Below, in pieces: positions 1-12,911 of a stretch of 64,000 nucleotides of DNA. Origin of the DNA: Rhynchobatus australiae (lineage: Eukaryota); contig JAUZTB010000127.1 in the NCBI GenBank assembly GCA_034780895.1, positions 20,443,890 to 20,507,889 of the forward strand. Reading direction: 5' to 3'. The translations under genes were made by a program, and so were the position numbers. Position 1 is the first letter of the stretch, and every line of letters begins with the position of its first letter. The notes under the pieces are model-generated. The model did not search any database. It had not been told where the DNA came from and saw only the letters and a program-made list of their open reading frames with translations.

Positions 1-97
1 TCCCCAATATTTTGTATTGTATTATATGCTAACTTCTTTTCTTACTTTTCCTTTCCCCAGTATTTTGTATTGTATTATATGCTAACTTTTTTTTCAG

Positions 98-210
98 TGC
101 TGACCAGCAATTCGATTAGCCCTGACTCTTCCTTCAATCGATGGGGAGTTAGGGATGATGAAGTCCAGTCTTCTAGTTTCGTTGGCAGGCTGAGGAGTAG
201 GTGGTCACAG
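98..210 (+). CDS. CCP110: CCP110 internal coding exon (LTSNSISPDSSFNRWG...GRLRSRWSQ)
   Basis: ttttcag acceptor and gtgaga donor. 113 nt, ends phase 0, joins in frame to 3969. The end resembles human CP110 FGRAKTRWSQ. Confidence 0.85.
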
Positions 211-740
211 GTGAGAAGAAACTAAATAGTTCACTGTCATCGAGTNNNNNNNNNNNNNNNNNGAAATACAGTGAGAGGGTCAGTAAGCTTATTACATTCA
301 AGTTGTTCTTGGTATCTACAGTATCTTTTATGATTACAGTCAAATCTCACTTAAAGCAATTTGGATGTACGCAAATATTCCAAGCAAAATAAAACATGTT
401 AGTATATAAATGAAGTGAATAATATGCAGATTTCAACTTGCAGATACTAATTGTCATGCTTAATCTCTGTTTAGCAAAAGATAATTTCCGCTGAAGGTTA
501 TAAAGTTTTCATTGAGACTGAAGAGCATGAGAAATAAGAACTAGTGCTTTTTATTTGTAGTTTACAAAATTTAACCAGTTTTTGTTTTGTTGACCTTGTG
601 AGTTTTGAAAGTAAACTGTATGTATTCCTAATTTTTCAGCACAGAATTTACCAGTTTAAGTATGTGCAAAAGAGAGAGTAATATGACATGTAACCAGAGG
701 AGGAGTAAGCCATTCAAGTCTCCTCACCATTTGATAAGAT

Positions 741-1720
741 GTCAGAGTAATACAACATGGAAACAGGCCCTTCAGCCCAACTTGTCCATGCTGACCATGG
801 TGCCTATCTAAACTAGTCCCATTTTCCGATTTTTGGCCCATATCCCTCTAAACCCCGTCCATCCAGGTACTTATCCAGATGTCTTTTGAATGTTGTTATT
901 ATATCAACCTCTACCACAATCTCTGGCAGCTCATTCCATATACGTACCACCCTCTGCGTGAAGAAGTTTCCCCTTGGGTCCCTTTTAAATCTTTCACCTC
1001 ACCTTAAACCTATGGCCTCCTAGGTTTTTGTTTCCCTGCTCTGGGAAAAAGATTTTCCATTCTCCCTATCTATGCCCCTCGTGATTTTATACACCTCTAG
1101 AAGGTCACCCCTCTATGTTTCAAGTCCTTAGCTGATCAACCTTTCCCTATAACTCAGGCCCTAAGTCCTGGCAGCGTCCTTGTAAATCTTCCCTGCACTC
1201 TTTCCAGTTTGATGTCTTCCTTATAACAAGGTGACCAAAACTGTACGCAATACTCCAAGTGCGGTGTTGCCAACGACTTGTACAACTGCAAGATAATGTC
1301 CTAACTCCTATACTTAATGCTGTGACTGCTGGAGGCTGGCATACAAAATGCTGTCTTCACCACCCTGTCTATCTCTGATGCTGCTTTCAGCAAACTACAC
1401 CTAGGTCTCTCTGTTTCACAATACTCCCCATGGCCTGGCTGTTCACTGTACAAGTCCTACCCTGGTTTGACTTGCCAAAATTCCACACTTCACACTTGTC
1501 TGAATTGAAAGCCATTTGCCAATCCTCGGCTCACTTACCTAGCTCATCAAGTTTACCTTGTAGTTATCAATAACCTTCTTCACTTTCTAGAATACCACTT
1601 GTTTCTGACTAGACTTAAACTGGTCTAGTATACCACCCACAAACTTACTAACCATGTCTTGCACATTCACATGCATATAAATAATGAATAACCAAGGTCC
1701 TATATTCTACCCCTGTCCCA
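741..1720 (-). mobile_element. CR1-type LINE, decayed 3' fragment
   Basis: Tail ggaaacaggcccttcagcccaac is shared with copies at ~10970, 29840, 43790 and 55220. RT-like tactccaagtgcgg (PHLEY) motif on the minus strand. Confidence 0.8.
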
Positions 1721-2689
1721 GCACTAACCTCTGTAGCACACAGACTGACCGTTTTCCTCAACTCTTATTCTGCACAGTCCCTTTATTCCCTTGGAACACA
1801 AAAATTTGGTTCCTGTCATGACTGTATTCAATGAACAAATATTCATACCCTTTTGGGGTTGTAGCTCCAATAATTCTTGATCCTTTGGGTGATTTTTTTT
1901 TTCTCTCATTTCAATCTGAAATTGCTGAACCTATATTTTCTAACCAGTGGTAACATCTTCCCATTATCTATCCTCTGAATCCATTTAAGTGCTTGCATGG
2001 GATTTGTATCAATTTGCAAGATTACCCATCGTTGTACAAAATTTGGGGACTGTTGGCCTACTGAATCTCCTTGTGGGGCAATCTCCTCATCACAGAAACC
2101 AACCTTTATTATTGTCCTTTTGAACAAGAATATATTCTTAGTTAAGATGACCAAAACTATATGCAGTACTTCAGGTGTAATCCCTTTTGTTATTTACGTT
2201 AACTTTACATTCAAATTCCCAGTTGATTACTGTACTTGCATGTTAACTCTAATTCATATCCATGGACACTAAGATCCCTGTTATCAATGATTCCTGAGTT
2301 TAAAAAAAACTTAAAAAAAAAACAGATTTTCTACTTCCAGGCAGAAAACTTTCTTTGCATTATTCATTCCATCTTATTCATTCACTTAATCTTTCTGTAA
2401 CTATGCTCTGCCTTTTACAGTTTACTTCCCAATCTAGCTCATGATCCTTGCAGCACCCCATTATTTAACATTTATGAACGTAAACAAGTTTTTGCCCTTT
2501 TTTCTGTCCATTGCTTTTAATCCATGTTCATATATAACTCCTAACTGTATGAGCCCCATTTTTTTTTTATTGTAATCTCTTGTTCAACACCCTTACTAAA
2601 TGCTATTTGAAAATATAAAGGACACCACATTCATGGGTTCCTCTTTGTCTATCCTGCTAGTTTTAAAAGTTCTTAACTTTTAATTGACA

Positions 2690-3135
2690 GATTCGTTAAG
2701 CACAATCATAAGGAATGACATTAGCAAAATGTGTGTGCAGCCAGAAGATATAGGTGTGGTCCTAACTGAATACTTTTTATCTGTGTTCACGACGGAAATA
2801 ATNNNNNNNNNNTTTGTAGTTGGAGAATTCAGTGTAGGGGTATTTGTAAGTCCAGTGCAGGTCTCCAGAAATAAAGAGGAGATACTTGATGCCTTTGTGC
2901 TCTTAAAGGTGAATGAGTCCCCAGGACCGGATAGGATTTTTTTCCCCAGGCTGCCATAGGAGGCAAAGGAAGAAATTGCTGGGGCTCAGGTTGAGACTTT
3001 TAAATCTTTGCTGGACACAATGGAGGTACCAGATGACTGGAGGACAGCAAAAGTAGTCCCCTTCTTTCAAGAAAGGCAGCAGTATAAAGCCTGGTAACCA
3101 TAGACTTGCATGCTGAATATTTGTGGTAGGGAAGA
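2690..3135 (+). mobile_element. CR1-type LINE ORF2 fragment
   Basis: LTEYFLSVFT, SPGPD and PDDWRTAKVVPFFKKG-like peptides. Confidence 0.8.
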
Positions 3136-3659
3136 TACTGGCTCACTGCCACTGCTGATGGATTTTCCAACTCCTGCTTCCATTTTGCCTTGGAAAATCA
3201 AGTCTGCAGGGTTTAAATTCAAATGATTCCCAAAACTGGAGTGAGACATTCAAAATTATAATTTAGGACCCTCATCTCTCCACAGTGTATTATTCTAATG
3301 TATTCAAACATGCCATGTTTTGGGCAACTTGGCATTAAATTTCAACCTTTTAATCAGTTTGTCTAATCTCTCTTTCATGTAGTTGGGAGATGATGTTGAG
3401 ATAACACGCAGGTACACACACACTCACTTCATATAAAAATAACCTGGGCTATGTGCACCAGTCCAAAAATATAAACTTCACATGTTTTATGGAGCTTGAT
3501 TCCGAAAAGGGAATTTGTATGTTAATGAAAAATCTGGACTAATTGGGTTATGACCATTTACCTTCAATATTTAGTAAATTTTCATTGCCAACCATGTCTT
3601 TTGGTCAACAAATATACAGACAGGAAAAACCATCAATAACGATCAAAATTTAGTGATAC

Positions 3660-3832
3660 AATGCAGACAAAATGCCAGAGGAACTCAGCAGGTCAGGCAG
3701 CATCTATGGAGGGAAATAAACAATCGATGTTTTGGGTCGAGACCCTTCACCAAGACTGGAAAGGAAGAGGACAGAAGCCAGCCTTTTTTTGTGTGTATTG
3801 CTCCAGATTCCAGCATCTGAATCTCTTGTGTC
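3660..3832 (-). mobile_element. Penelope-type terminal repeat fragment with a degenerate hammerhead motif
   Basis: gaactcagcaggtcaggcagcatct family motif, repeated at several sites in the window. Confidence 0.65.
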
Positions 3833-3968
3833 AAAATTTAGTAATGATTGCTTTGTGAGGAAAGGCTATGTGTGGCTATAATTTTCTTTAGAGCAAATGA
3901 AAAATAGTTATTTGAGAAACTTGATATTTGAGTTGTGGTGCCATTCATAAGAAATAAATGTCTTTCAG

Positions 3969-4085
3969 ATGAATACACCAGAAAGCCAACACAAATTTAA
4001 TAAGATTACAGCTCTGGCAAAAGGATTTCTAACCCGCAGACTGATGAAAACAGTGAAACTAAAACAGCTTCAGCAGACTGTAAAA
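3969..4085 (+). CDS. CCP110: CCP110 exon ([39 protein letters not shown]), IQ-like/calmodulin-binding region
   Basis: tttcag/gtaag, 117 nt. Matches CP110 [18 protein letters not shown]. Confidence 0.96.
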
Positions 4086-4375
4086 GTAAGAAATTTAAAA
4101 CTTGCACAATCTTTGGATTGCAGATAAGAAACCATATTCAAAGAAATCATAGTTTGATTTATCATGTCTGTCCCTGCCCCTAAGATTTGTCAAATTTGTC
4201 CCCCTTCCCTACTCTTTCCCATAGTTGTAAAATCAAATTCCCTTTTGAGGTTTTCAAATACAGTAGGGATAAAACTTATTTTTAAAACAATTTCTTGTAC
4301 ATCAACCTTTTTACTGTTGAATATCTGATGATAGTGATTATTTAGAAGTTTTGTGTAACTGTTTGTCTGTTGAAG

Positions 4376-4477
4376 GATACCATGGAATTTATAAATAACT
4401 TCCAGACAGAAGCACCCTTGAAAAGAGGTGCAGTTTCATCACAAGATATTTCGCTGCAAGAAAGAGTTGTTGCTCAG
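4376..4477 (+). CDS. CCP110: CCP110 exon ([34 protein letters not shown])
   Basis: aag/gta, 102 nt, phase 0-0. Matches CP110 DTMEFIRSFQSEAPLKRG. Confidence 0.96.
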
Positions 4478-4562
4478 GTATTTAACCAAATTGGTTACAA
4501 ATGAAAGGAATAAGCTTGTGCAAAGAACAGGAGTGACTTTTTTGATTTTGTTTTTCCCCCAG

Positions 4563-4679
4563 TTGCGAGCTGCACTTTACGAGATACATGACATCTTCTT
4601 TGTATTAAATCCTAATGAGAGAATGCAGATATTATCTCAAGATCGGGAAATTCGCAAAGAAAAACAAATGAGGCAAATG
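4563..4679 (+). CDS. CCP110: CCP110 exon ([39 protein letters not shown])
   Basis: ccccag/gtaaat, 117 nt. Matches CP110 LRAALYGIHDIFF. Confidence 0.96.
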
Positions 4680-5520
4680 GTAAATTTTTCTGTGATTCAG
4701 TGAAGTATGAATTTGTGCATGTTAATTTGTTGCATGTTAACATATAACTTAAAACATTTCATTGTACTTCCAAGCATATCATTTCCCTGATATGAACTTC
4801 TCCTTTTAAACAAAAGATAGATTGATAGGTACTAGAGTAAGAAAAGCAGTAAAGTGACCTTATGTCCTTATTAAAATCTTTAATGCAGATACTATTGTGA
4901 GGATTTGTAACAAGAAATTTGTAGGCATGTGAGAGAATAAAATGATGTGTCACAGGGAATAAGGCTAGAGGAATTGAGTGATGGGTTTGCTCTGCTGAGA
5001 GGGAAATCCAGTGCTTAACACTTGGTACCTGAAGGCACAGCCATAAGTGCTGAACTGACTAAACTCCAGGATTTGGAGGCTGGAATTGGATTAGTGCAGG
5101 TATCCCAAATTATAAATCAGGATGAAGGAGATTACAGAAGGAGGAGTGGGAAGCATGAGACAATAAAGGCATTTAAGTGAGAATTTTAAAATTGGTTGCT
5201 GGTTCAATAAGCCTGTGCACAGTGTGTGAATGGACACTGCAAATTATGACATGGGAAACAGAATTTTTGATGATGCTGCTGAATAGAATGAGGGAAGCCA
5301 GCCACGAGTTTATTTGAATGGTCAGATCTAGAGGTAACAAAGCCCCGGATGACAGTTTCAGCTGAAAATGACTTTTGGCAGCAGTGGAAATGGACAATGT
5401 CTGGAACTCTGTGAGCCATTAAAATAAAGGTGGGTGGTTAGCATGCTTTATAAGTACCTTTTACCTGATTCATTTTGCTTTTTGTCTCCCTCATTCTTTG
5501 ACTTTTCCTTTTCTCCACAG

Positions 5521-5600
5521 GAGAAATGGAAGAGTCCTAAAGAAAGAATAGCTCTTTCAGTTGCAACACAGAAATCTTTAGACAGAAAAAGGCAAATTAA
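5521..5600 (+). CDS. CCP110: CCP110 exon (EKWKSPKERIALSVATQKSLDRKRQIK)
   Basis: Long pyrimidine tract plus cag, gtaagt donor. ALS.ATQKSLDRK motif. Confidence 0.94.
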
Positions 5601-5920
5601 GTAAGTGGCAGTATTGCAGTGCATGTGTAATTGTATAATTTTAAACTGTTACAGTGAANNNNNNNNNNNNNNNNNNNNNNNNNNNNNNNNNNNNNNNNNN
5701 NNNNNNNNNNNNNNNNNNNNNNNNNNNNNNNNNNNNNNNNNNNNNNNNNNNNNNNNNNAAACTGTTACAGTGAAACTTTTGTATTCCTGAAGAGTTGGTG
5801 GAAAAACATGCTGGTACTTTTGCCAATAAAGCCTGATTTGAAGATAAACACATGGGACTGCATTTGGAGACTTGGTTTTATCTTGTCAGAATTTGATCAG
5901 TTTTGTCTTGTATCCTCAAG

Positions 5921-5989
5921 GGCTGCTGAAGTGGGAATAACCAGTAAACAAAAGTCACAAGTGAAACAAAAGGCTTCATGTGAAACCAG
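5921..5989 (+). CDS. CCP110: CCP110 exon (AAEVGITSKQKSQVKQKASCETR)
   Basis: caag/gtatga, 69 nt, phase 2-2. Resembles human AAEMG...ETR. Confidence 0.9.
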
Positions 5990-6071
5990 GTATGAAGAGA
6001 AGTAGATCACTAGAAAAGCTATTTTGTTGTATAAAATAAAATCACTCATTTGTACTATTGCTTATCTGCAG

Positions 6072-6131
6072 AATTCTTCAACCAAGTCAGGGGCAGAATG
6101 CCCCAGCTCAGAGACTACTACACAGACAAGG
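6072..6131 (+). CDS. CCP110: CCP110 exon (ILQPSQGQNAPAQRLLHRQG)
   Basis: gcag/gtaagg, 60 nt, phase 2-2. Matches human [20 protein letters not shown]. Confidence 0.94.
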
Positions 6132-6519
6132 GTAAGGCAGAATGGATACATTTTAGTTACTTTTCACTTTAATTTTGATCTGTGAAACGGAAGTTTATAA
6201 AAATACCACGTGTTCTGGACGGTTAGGTAGTTCTTACTGGAACTTGATTATTAATGGATTTGTATGTTAAATGGTAGGCATCCCTATTTATGTAAAAATG
6301 CTGAATTTCTTTGTCAGTACTTTAAGTTGTGTAGTATCTACTTTTTTCACAAATTTCCTTTATTTAAAATACTTCTTTGAAATCTTGGTTCCTTATTTCT
6401 AGACCTATTCCAAGTTTAAAGTTTAGAAATGAAAGAGTGTTAGTCTAGATCTTAGTTGCCTCTCAGCCAAAAGGTGTGGGTTCACTCTCCATTCCATAAT
6501 TATTTCATGTAATACACAT

Positions 6520-6606
6520 GTATATGGTGTATTTGTCTTTCATCAGTCGGGGAGTTGAATTTAGGAGCCGAGAGGTATTGTTGCAGCTATATAGGTCCCT
6601 GGTCAG
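6520..6606 (+). mobile_element. CR1 fragment running into an N-gap
   Basis: FISRGVEFRSREVLLQLYRSLV peptide. Confidence 0.8.
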
Positions 6607-9600
6607 NNNNNNNNNNNNNNNNNNNNNNNNNNNNNNNNNNNNNNNNNNNNNNNNNNNNNNNNNNNNNNNNNNNNNNNNNNNNNNNNNNNNNNNNNNNNNN
6701 NNNNNNNNNNNNNNNNNNNNNNNNNNNNNNNNNNNNNNNNNNNNNNNNNNNNNNNNNNNNNNNNNNNNNNNNNNNNNNNNNNNNNNNNNNNNNNNNNNNN
6801 NNNNNNNNNNNNNNNNNNNNNNNNNNNNNNNNNNNNNNNNNNNNNNNNNNNNNNNNNNNNNNNNNNNNNNNNGCCAAAGGATGAATGTAATAGGAAGTAA
6901 AGTCAAATTGGAACATGCATATAAATTAATTCCCTTCGTTTCCTATCCTAAAGGGATCAAAATATCTGTAGGGATTGAAATTTTCATCTAAAGACATAAC
7001 TCCAACTTTATTGATTAATCTACTTTGACAAATTAAATTGGCTGCAATGGTATATTGCAGTAAAGGAGCATTCTGCCTCTTGGGTTTTATTTTCAGGTAG
7101 CCAGCCATCTGTAATGTTTAACTGTCTCAGCCAAATTATTGAGAAAATCCATGCCTCTGTTCCTAATCTATTTACCCAAATCCAGAGAGCTCAGATTCTT
7201 TAACAAGTCAAGTCTCTCAGGCTCCCTAAGTGTAAACGCAGATGTTTAACTAAATAAGGCCATTTGATCTGTAAATTCTGATCCATAAACCACTAGTATA
7301 TTTCTTGGTCTAATTAGGGCCAACTTTCCAGTTAAACCTTGGTGTTTAGGGTTATTTGAAGGTGAGTGAGAAGAAGCCTGAACCACAGTAATCCAGGCTA
7401 GCTTGTCAATAATGACCAACATACCCTCTAATACTGAGTACCGGCCTGGCTCCAGTTTCAAGGCAACTGGATTCCCATGCTGCTCTTGTTCCAGCTGCAG
7501 CCACTGAAGCAGAACACGCTTTAAACAGCTGAAAGGGATCTAAAGAGCCCTGATGCAGTAAGACAAATTGTCAGAAGAGCAAGGAAGAAGAGAAGTTCTG
7601 TCAATGGACCATGTTCCTCTAGCATGTTCAGGGCACAATTCTTGTACTTGAACCTTGGTGGGAAATGATGTNNNNNNNNNNAGTGCTTTACTAAGGACAA
7701 ACTCATTGATACCTGCCAGTTACCAGCACTGGTACTGCAGTGTCTGCCAGAATAAATACCTCAGTGGCTGTGGAAGTAATTGCAAAAACTGCTCGAGTTA
7801 TTAGCAACAATAATTCAGAAATTAAGAAGTTTCACAGGCACTTGAAATTGTTTTGAAGAAGACACTGGTCTAAATATTTGGTTTTAAAAATAAGCCAGTT
7901 AAAAATTGAATTTACTGAGAAAAATTTTGTGCGTGTTTCTGATTCAACACGTGGGGAAATTCATCCTCATTTTGTGGCCATTTTTAGTCCTCTACATTGT
8001 TTTATTCTGCTGTAAAACACCCCTAAAATACATGAACAGTAGTGCAACATTGCAAATTCCAACCTTGCTGGTCTGAAGATGATTGTTTATTTATTCACAG
8101 AACAATCAAACCTTACTAACCAAAGGATCAACAACCAAATTGTTCATCCCTATTGATATCTTACACCTCTTTCATAATGTTTGCATTAACTGTTTTGCCC
8201 ATAGAGGTATAGGTTGTGTTTACTCAAGCTTCATAACCTCTGGATCGGTCCATGTCACTGCTGCTTACATTAGGATGACCCACAACTTGTGCACCACCAC
8301 CTTCCCCCCTCCCCCTTCAGTTTCCTGCATCCCCTTAAATTTGCAGGGGGTGACCACTGGGCACTACATTCTGTACCCCTTTGAAGTCACTGGATGCACT
8401 GGAAAATTTATTGTACCACTGTATAACATAATTAAGTGTGTTGGAGTATTAATAGGAGTAATATCCAATAGTCTGGAATATTTGGCCTTGCTAAAGTCTC
8501 AAGCCTTCTGGACTATTGGTGTTTTATTGTACTAGTAGTCATCAATAAATCTTTAGTCACTGATTTGCTATTTTCAGGAACTTTTGTTAAAGTAAAAATA
8601 ATTACTTTATAGTAAAAAATGCATGACCATCATAAAGTTTATATTACCAAATTTGAAGTTTTGTTTCGCTCTAGTCCAAATTATTATAACAATGATCCAC
8701 TAATTATTATCTTGAATTTTGTTATCTGGTGATTAATTAGCTGCAGACCCTAGTATAATATATTTAAAGTGATTTATAGAAATCTTAAAGTTCTTCTACA
8801 TTGCATTCCTTTTCAAAAATATGCTTATGGCTTGTAATTTTTATTTACATTCCCTCCAAATATCTCAAGTTCACCAAAGTATGTAATTGCTTTTCTCTGT
8901 AGCCTCTCCAGTACCACTTTTGATTACAGGAAGCACATTTGATTGCCATTTGTATAAAAAGAAAGTACGAGGAGACAGCCAAGGGAGGGTGATATATCTA
9001 TAATGTTGAAAAGTGTCGTTTTGTTGCATTTTCAAACTTGTTATTAAAGTCAGACTGCAGCCAGTCAGATATCTAGAATTATCAGTGTAGTGTTATTTCT
9101 AAATTCCTTGGTAAAATCATTTTTACTTTAACAAAAGTTCCTGAAAATAGCAAGTCAGTGACTAAAGATGTCAACAATTGGAAAAAAAATAAAACTTAAT
9201 ATCTTCCATTTGTTACAACTCCTCCAGGGGAGCAGGCTAATATAGCTCATTTCATATTTCAGAAAGCCTTGCAAACATGTCTTGCGTAGCACATTCGACG
9301 TCATTTGTGACACAATCTAAACTGAAGAACGTATGTACAGCTAGCTAACGATGTGTCAGGACACTAATTCTCTAACTGCATGTTATCTATAGTTTTAAAG
9401 CCATTATTGAAAGATCATCACTGACTTCTTTTAATAAATCTACAGTGCTGTTATGAAAAGTTGCTATTAACTGCTAGAACTTCTAGACTCCAGTAACATT
9501 TCCAAGAATATTGTGTAAAATTAAAATGGAATGATAACTTTATTGAAATCCATTCTAGCTCTTCTGTAGCAATTGAGATGCTTTGAAAGTGTCCACTCAT

Positions 9601-9621
9601 ATATTTTCCTTTTTTGATTAG

Positions 9622-9701
9622 AGTCCACACTTCTAAAAAGGGGGTTGAAAAGAATAGAGAGAGGGACTCAGAAAGCAGATTTCCTAGGAAAACTGTTCCA
9701 G
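9622..9701 (+). CDS. CCP110: CCP110 alternative cassette exon (VHTSKKGVEKNRERDSESRFPRKTVP), frame-shifting
   Basis: ttttccttttttgattag acceptor, cag/gtgtgt donor. 80 nt, phase 2-1. Aligns with recalled human [29 protein letters not shown]. Confidence 0.8.
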
Positions 9702-10966
9702 GTGTGTTGTTGAGTATTTGACATCCAGCCATCTTCTGTTTCATGCTTTTTTACCTTTTTTATTTGTTGGATTCAAGTTAACTTCTATTTATTTAAGTTT
9801 TTGCTTCTTGCACCGTTCCATATTTTGTTATTTGTCTGTTCTAATGATTTGAATTTCATTCATTTTTTTAAAAACTTTTATATGGCATGCTGCACCTGGA
9901 ATAGGCAGGCACCTTTGGCACCACTGTATTGATTCACCTGGTTTTAAAAAAAAGCATCCTAGGAGGTGTCTTCATTTATGTGGGGAAGTATCTTGTTTTT
10001 ATTACAACTATCCTCTGCACTAGTTAATTTACACACTTTCTTAGAGCTTCATGTTTAGTTTAGTGCAGATATCTAGATAAATATCATTTATATTTATTTC
10101 ATTTGCTTTCTCTTCAATCTTTTTCCACTCTGCCTCTGGAAAAAAGTGATTTCCTTTTTGATAGAGTAGGCTCTAAGAAATTACAAATGTTCATGGGCGC
10201 ACCTATTTCCTGTTTAAAGTATGTACAGACTTGAAATAATTGCTTTTTGTGAGTATGCATGTTAATCTAGTTAGAATATCCATTGTATATGGCAATTTTT
10301 AAAACTGCATTTATTGACATTCTGCCAATATTTAAAGTTTAGAAAAAATNNNNNNNNNNNNNNNNNNNNNNNNNNNNNNNNNNNNNNNNNNNNNNNNNNN
10401 NNNNNNNNNNNNNNNNNNNNNNNNNNNNNNNNNNNNNNNNNNNNNNNNNTTTCCCAGCTCCATTACAATGTGTCTATAAATACTAAGTTGATTTTACACT
10501 TTGGAATTGTTGTAGAATTGCTTCCTGGGGATAAGCAAGCCAATTCTCTTAACCTTAGAATTTTGTTAACTAATATTCAATTATAATGAAAATTGCAAGT
10601 GCCATAATGAAATGTCCTTAATTAAAACATAATTTTTATCAAGTTGTATGTACCACAATCAGAAAGGAATCAAGATATGCATTCTAATTGAAATTGGAGG
10701 GTCTTGAATGCAAAGGAGCCCCTTAGTTTTGAAAATTGACTAAGAATCCCTCTACATTTCAGCTCTGCGATTTCTCACCATTTTAAATAAGATGATTTTG
10801 TCCTGTCAAAACAGACATTTCCACATTTTCTCACATAATACTACATTAGCAAGATCTTTGTCCACTCACCTTTTGAAGCTTGCTTATGTCTTCTGCACAA
10901 CTATTTTCCTATCTATCTTGTCATCAGCAAACAGGTTTTTGTTGTCTACATCCATTTATGTATAAT

Positions 10967-12000
10967 ATCAGAGTTGTATAGCTTAGAAACAGGACCTCAG
11001 CCCAACTGATCCATTCCGACCATGATGCCTATCCCATTTGCCCGCATTGGGCCCATATCCCTCTACTCTTTTCCTATCTAAGTACCTGTCTAAATACCTT
11101 TTTAAATGCTGTAATTATATCTCCAGTAAACCCCTCCATTCCAGACAACATCCTGGTGAATCTCTTATGCACTCCTTCTATCACTATCATATCCTTCCCG
11201 TAGTGTGGCGACCAGAACTTCACAGTACTCCAAGTGTGGCTTGACCAATGTTATGTATATCTGCAACATTATGTTCCAACTCCTATACTCAGTGCCTTCG
11301 CCTGTGAAGGCAAGCATGCCAAATGGCTTCTTCACTACTTTATCCATCTGGGTTGTCACTTTCAGAGAGCTGTGAACTTGCACCCCAAGGTCCTTCTGTA
11401 CATTAACCACCCCTGAGGTCCCTAACACTTTATATGTCCTGTTGGTATTCGACATCCCAAGCTGCATTACTTTGTACATCTGGATTAAATTCCATCTGCT
11501 ACTACCTCGCACAACTTTCCAACTGCTTTATGTCCCTCTGATCCTTTTAAATCTTTGCTATCTACAACACCAATTTTTGTGCCAGCAGCAAACTCACTGA
11601 TCGGTCCCCCTACATTCCTGTCCAATATATGACAGACTCAGTGCTACCAACACTGATCCCTGTGGTACACTTTGTAGACTTGTATCAGGATAAACACCCT
11701 TCAACTACTACCCTCAGCCTCCTGTGACCGATCCAATTTTGGATCCAATTTGCCAACACACTTTCCCATGTGCCCTAACCTGGACCAGCTTACTGTGAGG
11801 CACATTGTCAAAAGCCTTGCGAAAGTCCATGTAAACCATGCCTACTGCACTGCTTTCATTGATTTTCTTAATTGCCCCCTGATAAAACCTAATCAGATTT
11901 GTAAGATAGGATTTCTCCCTGCACAGAAATATATTGACTCCTCATCAGTCCCTACCTTTCCAACTGAACATAAATTCTGTCCCTTAGAATTTTTTCTAAT
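10967..12000 (-). mobile_element. CR1-type LINE 3' fragment
   Basis: ORF 11165-11512: KDLGVQVHSSLKV...LVKPHLEYC. Confidence 0.85.
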
Positions 12001-12911
12001 TGTTACGAACCAGTAATAGAAGAAACATACTGAGTCATATACAAGTGTTAAAATCTATTTTATTAATAACTACTTATGATAATAAGGAAAATAAAAGTAA
12101 AAATGTTAGTGTTAGAAGTAAAAATGTTAAATCCTAAACACTAATCCCAAAAACTAAACTCGAAGTGTGTGTAGCAAATTCCCAAACTCCAATTCCAGGA
12201 ATAATTCTTCAAGTTCAGTTCTTGTCAGCTATAAGGTGAAATGTGAGCAAAGGCTTATTCAACAACTACTGTTGACTAAAGACAAAACGTAGATGTAGAG
12301 AGAAAAAATAGAGAGATTACAAAATCCAATTGTTCCACGATGGAACCCATACGACACCTCAGTGTCTACTCAACAGTGACTACTCCACCGCATCCGCCTC
12401 ACCCTGAAAGGTTCTTGAATCGTGGCCGTCCACCCAAATACCTGTTTCCTTATACAGGTCAACAACAAAGTGAACTCTACTGCTTCGTTCCGAAGTATCT
12501 GCCATCCCAAAAAGCATCCGAGATGTGGCCGTCCACACAAATACCTGTTTCCCTCCACAGGTTAACGACAAAGTGGACTCCACTGGATTACTCCACAAAT
12601 CCATACGTGGATTGTAGTGGCAGGCACAGTTACTGTTTTTCATCCATCGATAGAGACTAGCAGGCTGATGTCTCCCTTCCCCCCCCCCCCATCCCGACTG
12701 ACTGCTCCGAAAATGTCATGANNNNNNNNNNNNNNNNNNNNNNNNNNNNNNNNNNNNNNNNNNNNNNNNNNNNNNNNNNNNNNNNNNNNNNNNNNNNNNN
12801 NNNNNNNNNNNNNNNNNNNNNTTTATCTTCTGTTGTCGTCAGCGCGCGCGTGCACACACACACACCCCTATCTTAAAGGGACATTCACCAGGAGTAACTT
12901 AGTTTGTAACA
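12001..12911 (-). mobile_element. Solo LTR
   Basis: TGTTAC...GTAACA termini, flanked by ctaat and ctaac. AATAAA on the minus strand about 60 nt from the end at 12001. Internal ~31-bp direct repeat at 12421 and 12524. Confidence 0.75.

Noticed and set aside
8083-8535. 150-aa ORF without Ns
   Set aside because: No recognisable domain, and it is intronic. It probably overlaps decayed repeat sequence.
8903-8990. Acceptor-like sites (ctctgtag, gattacag) with purine-rich sequence in the CCP110 intron
   Set aside because: Early TGA in the required phase, weak donor, and no similarity to CP110.
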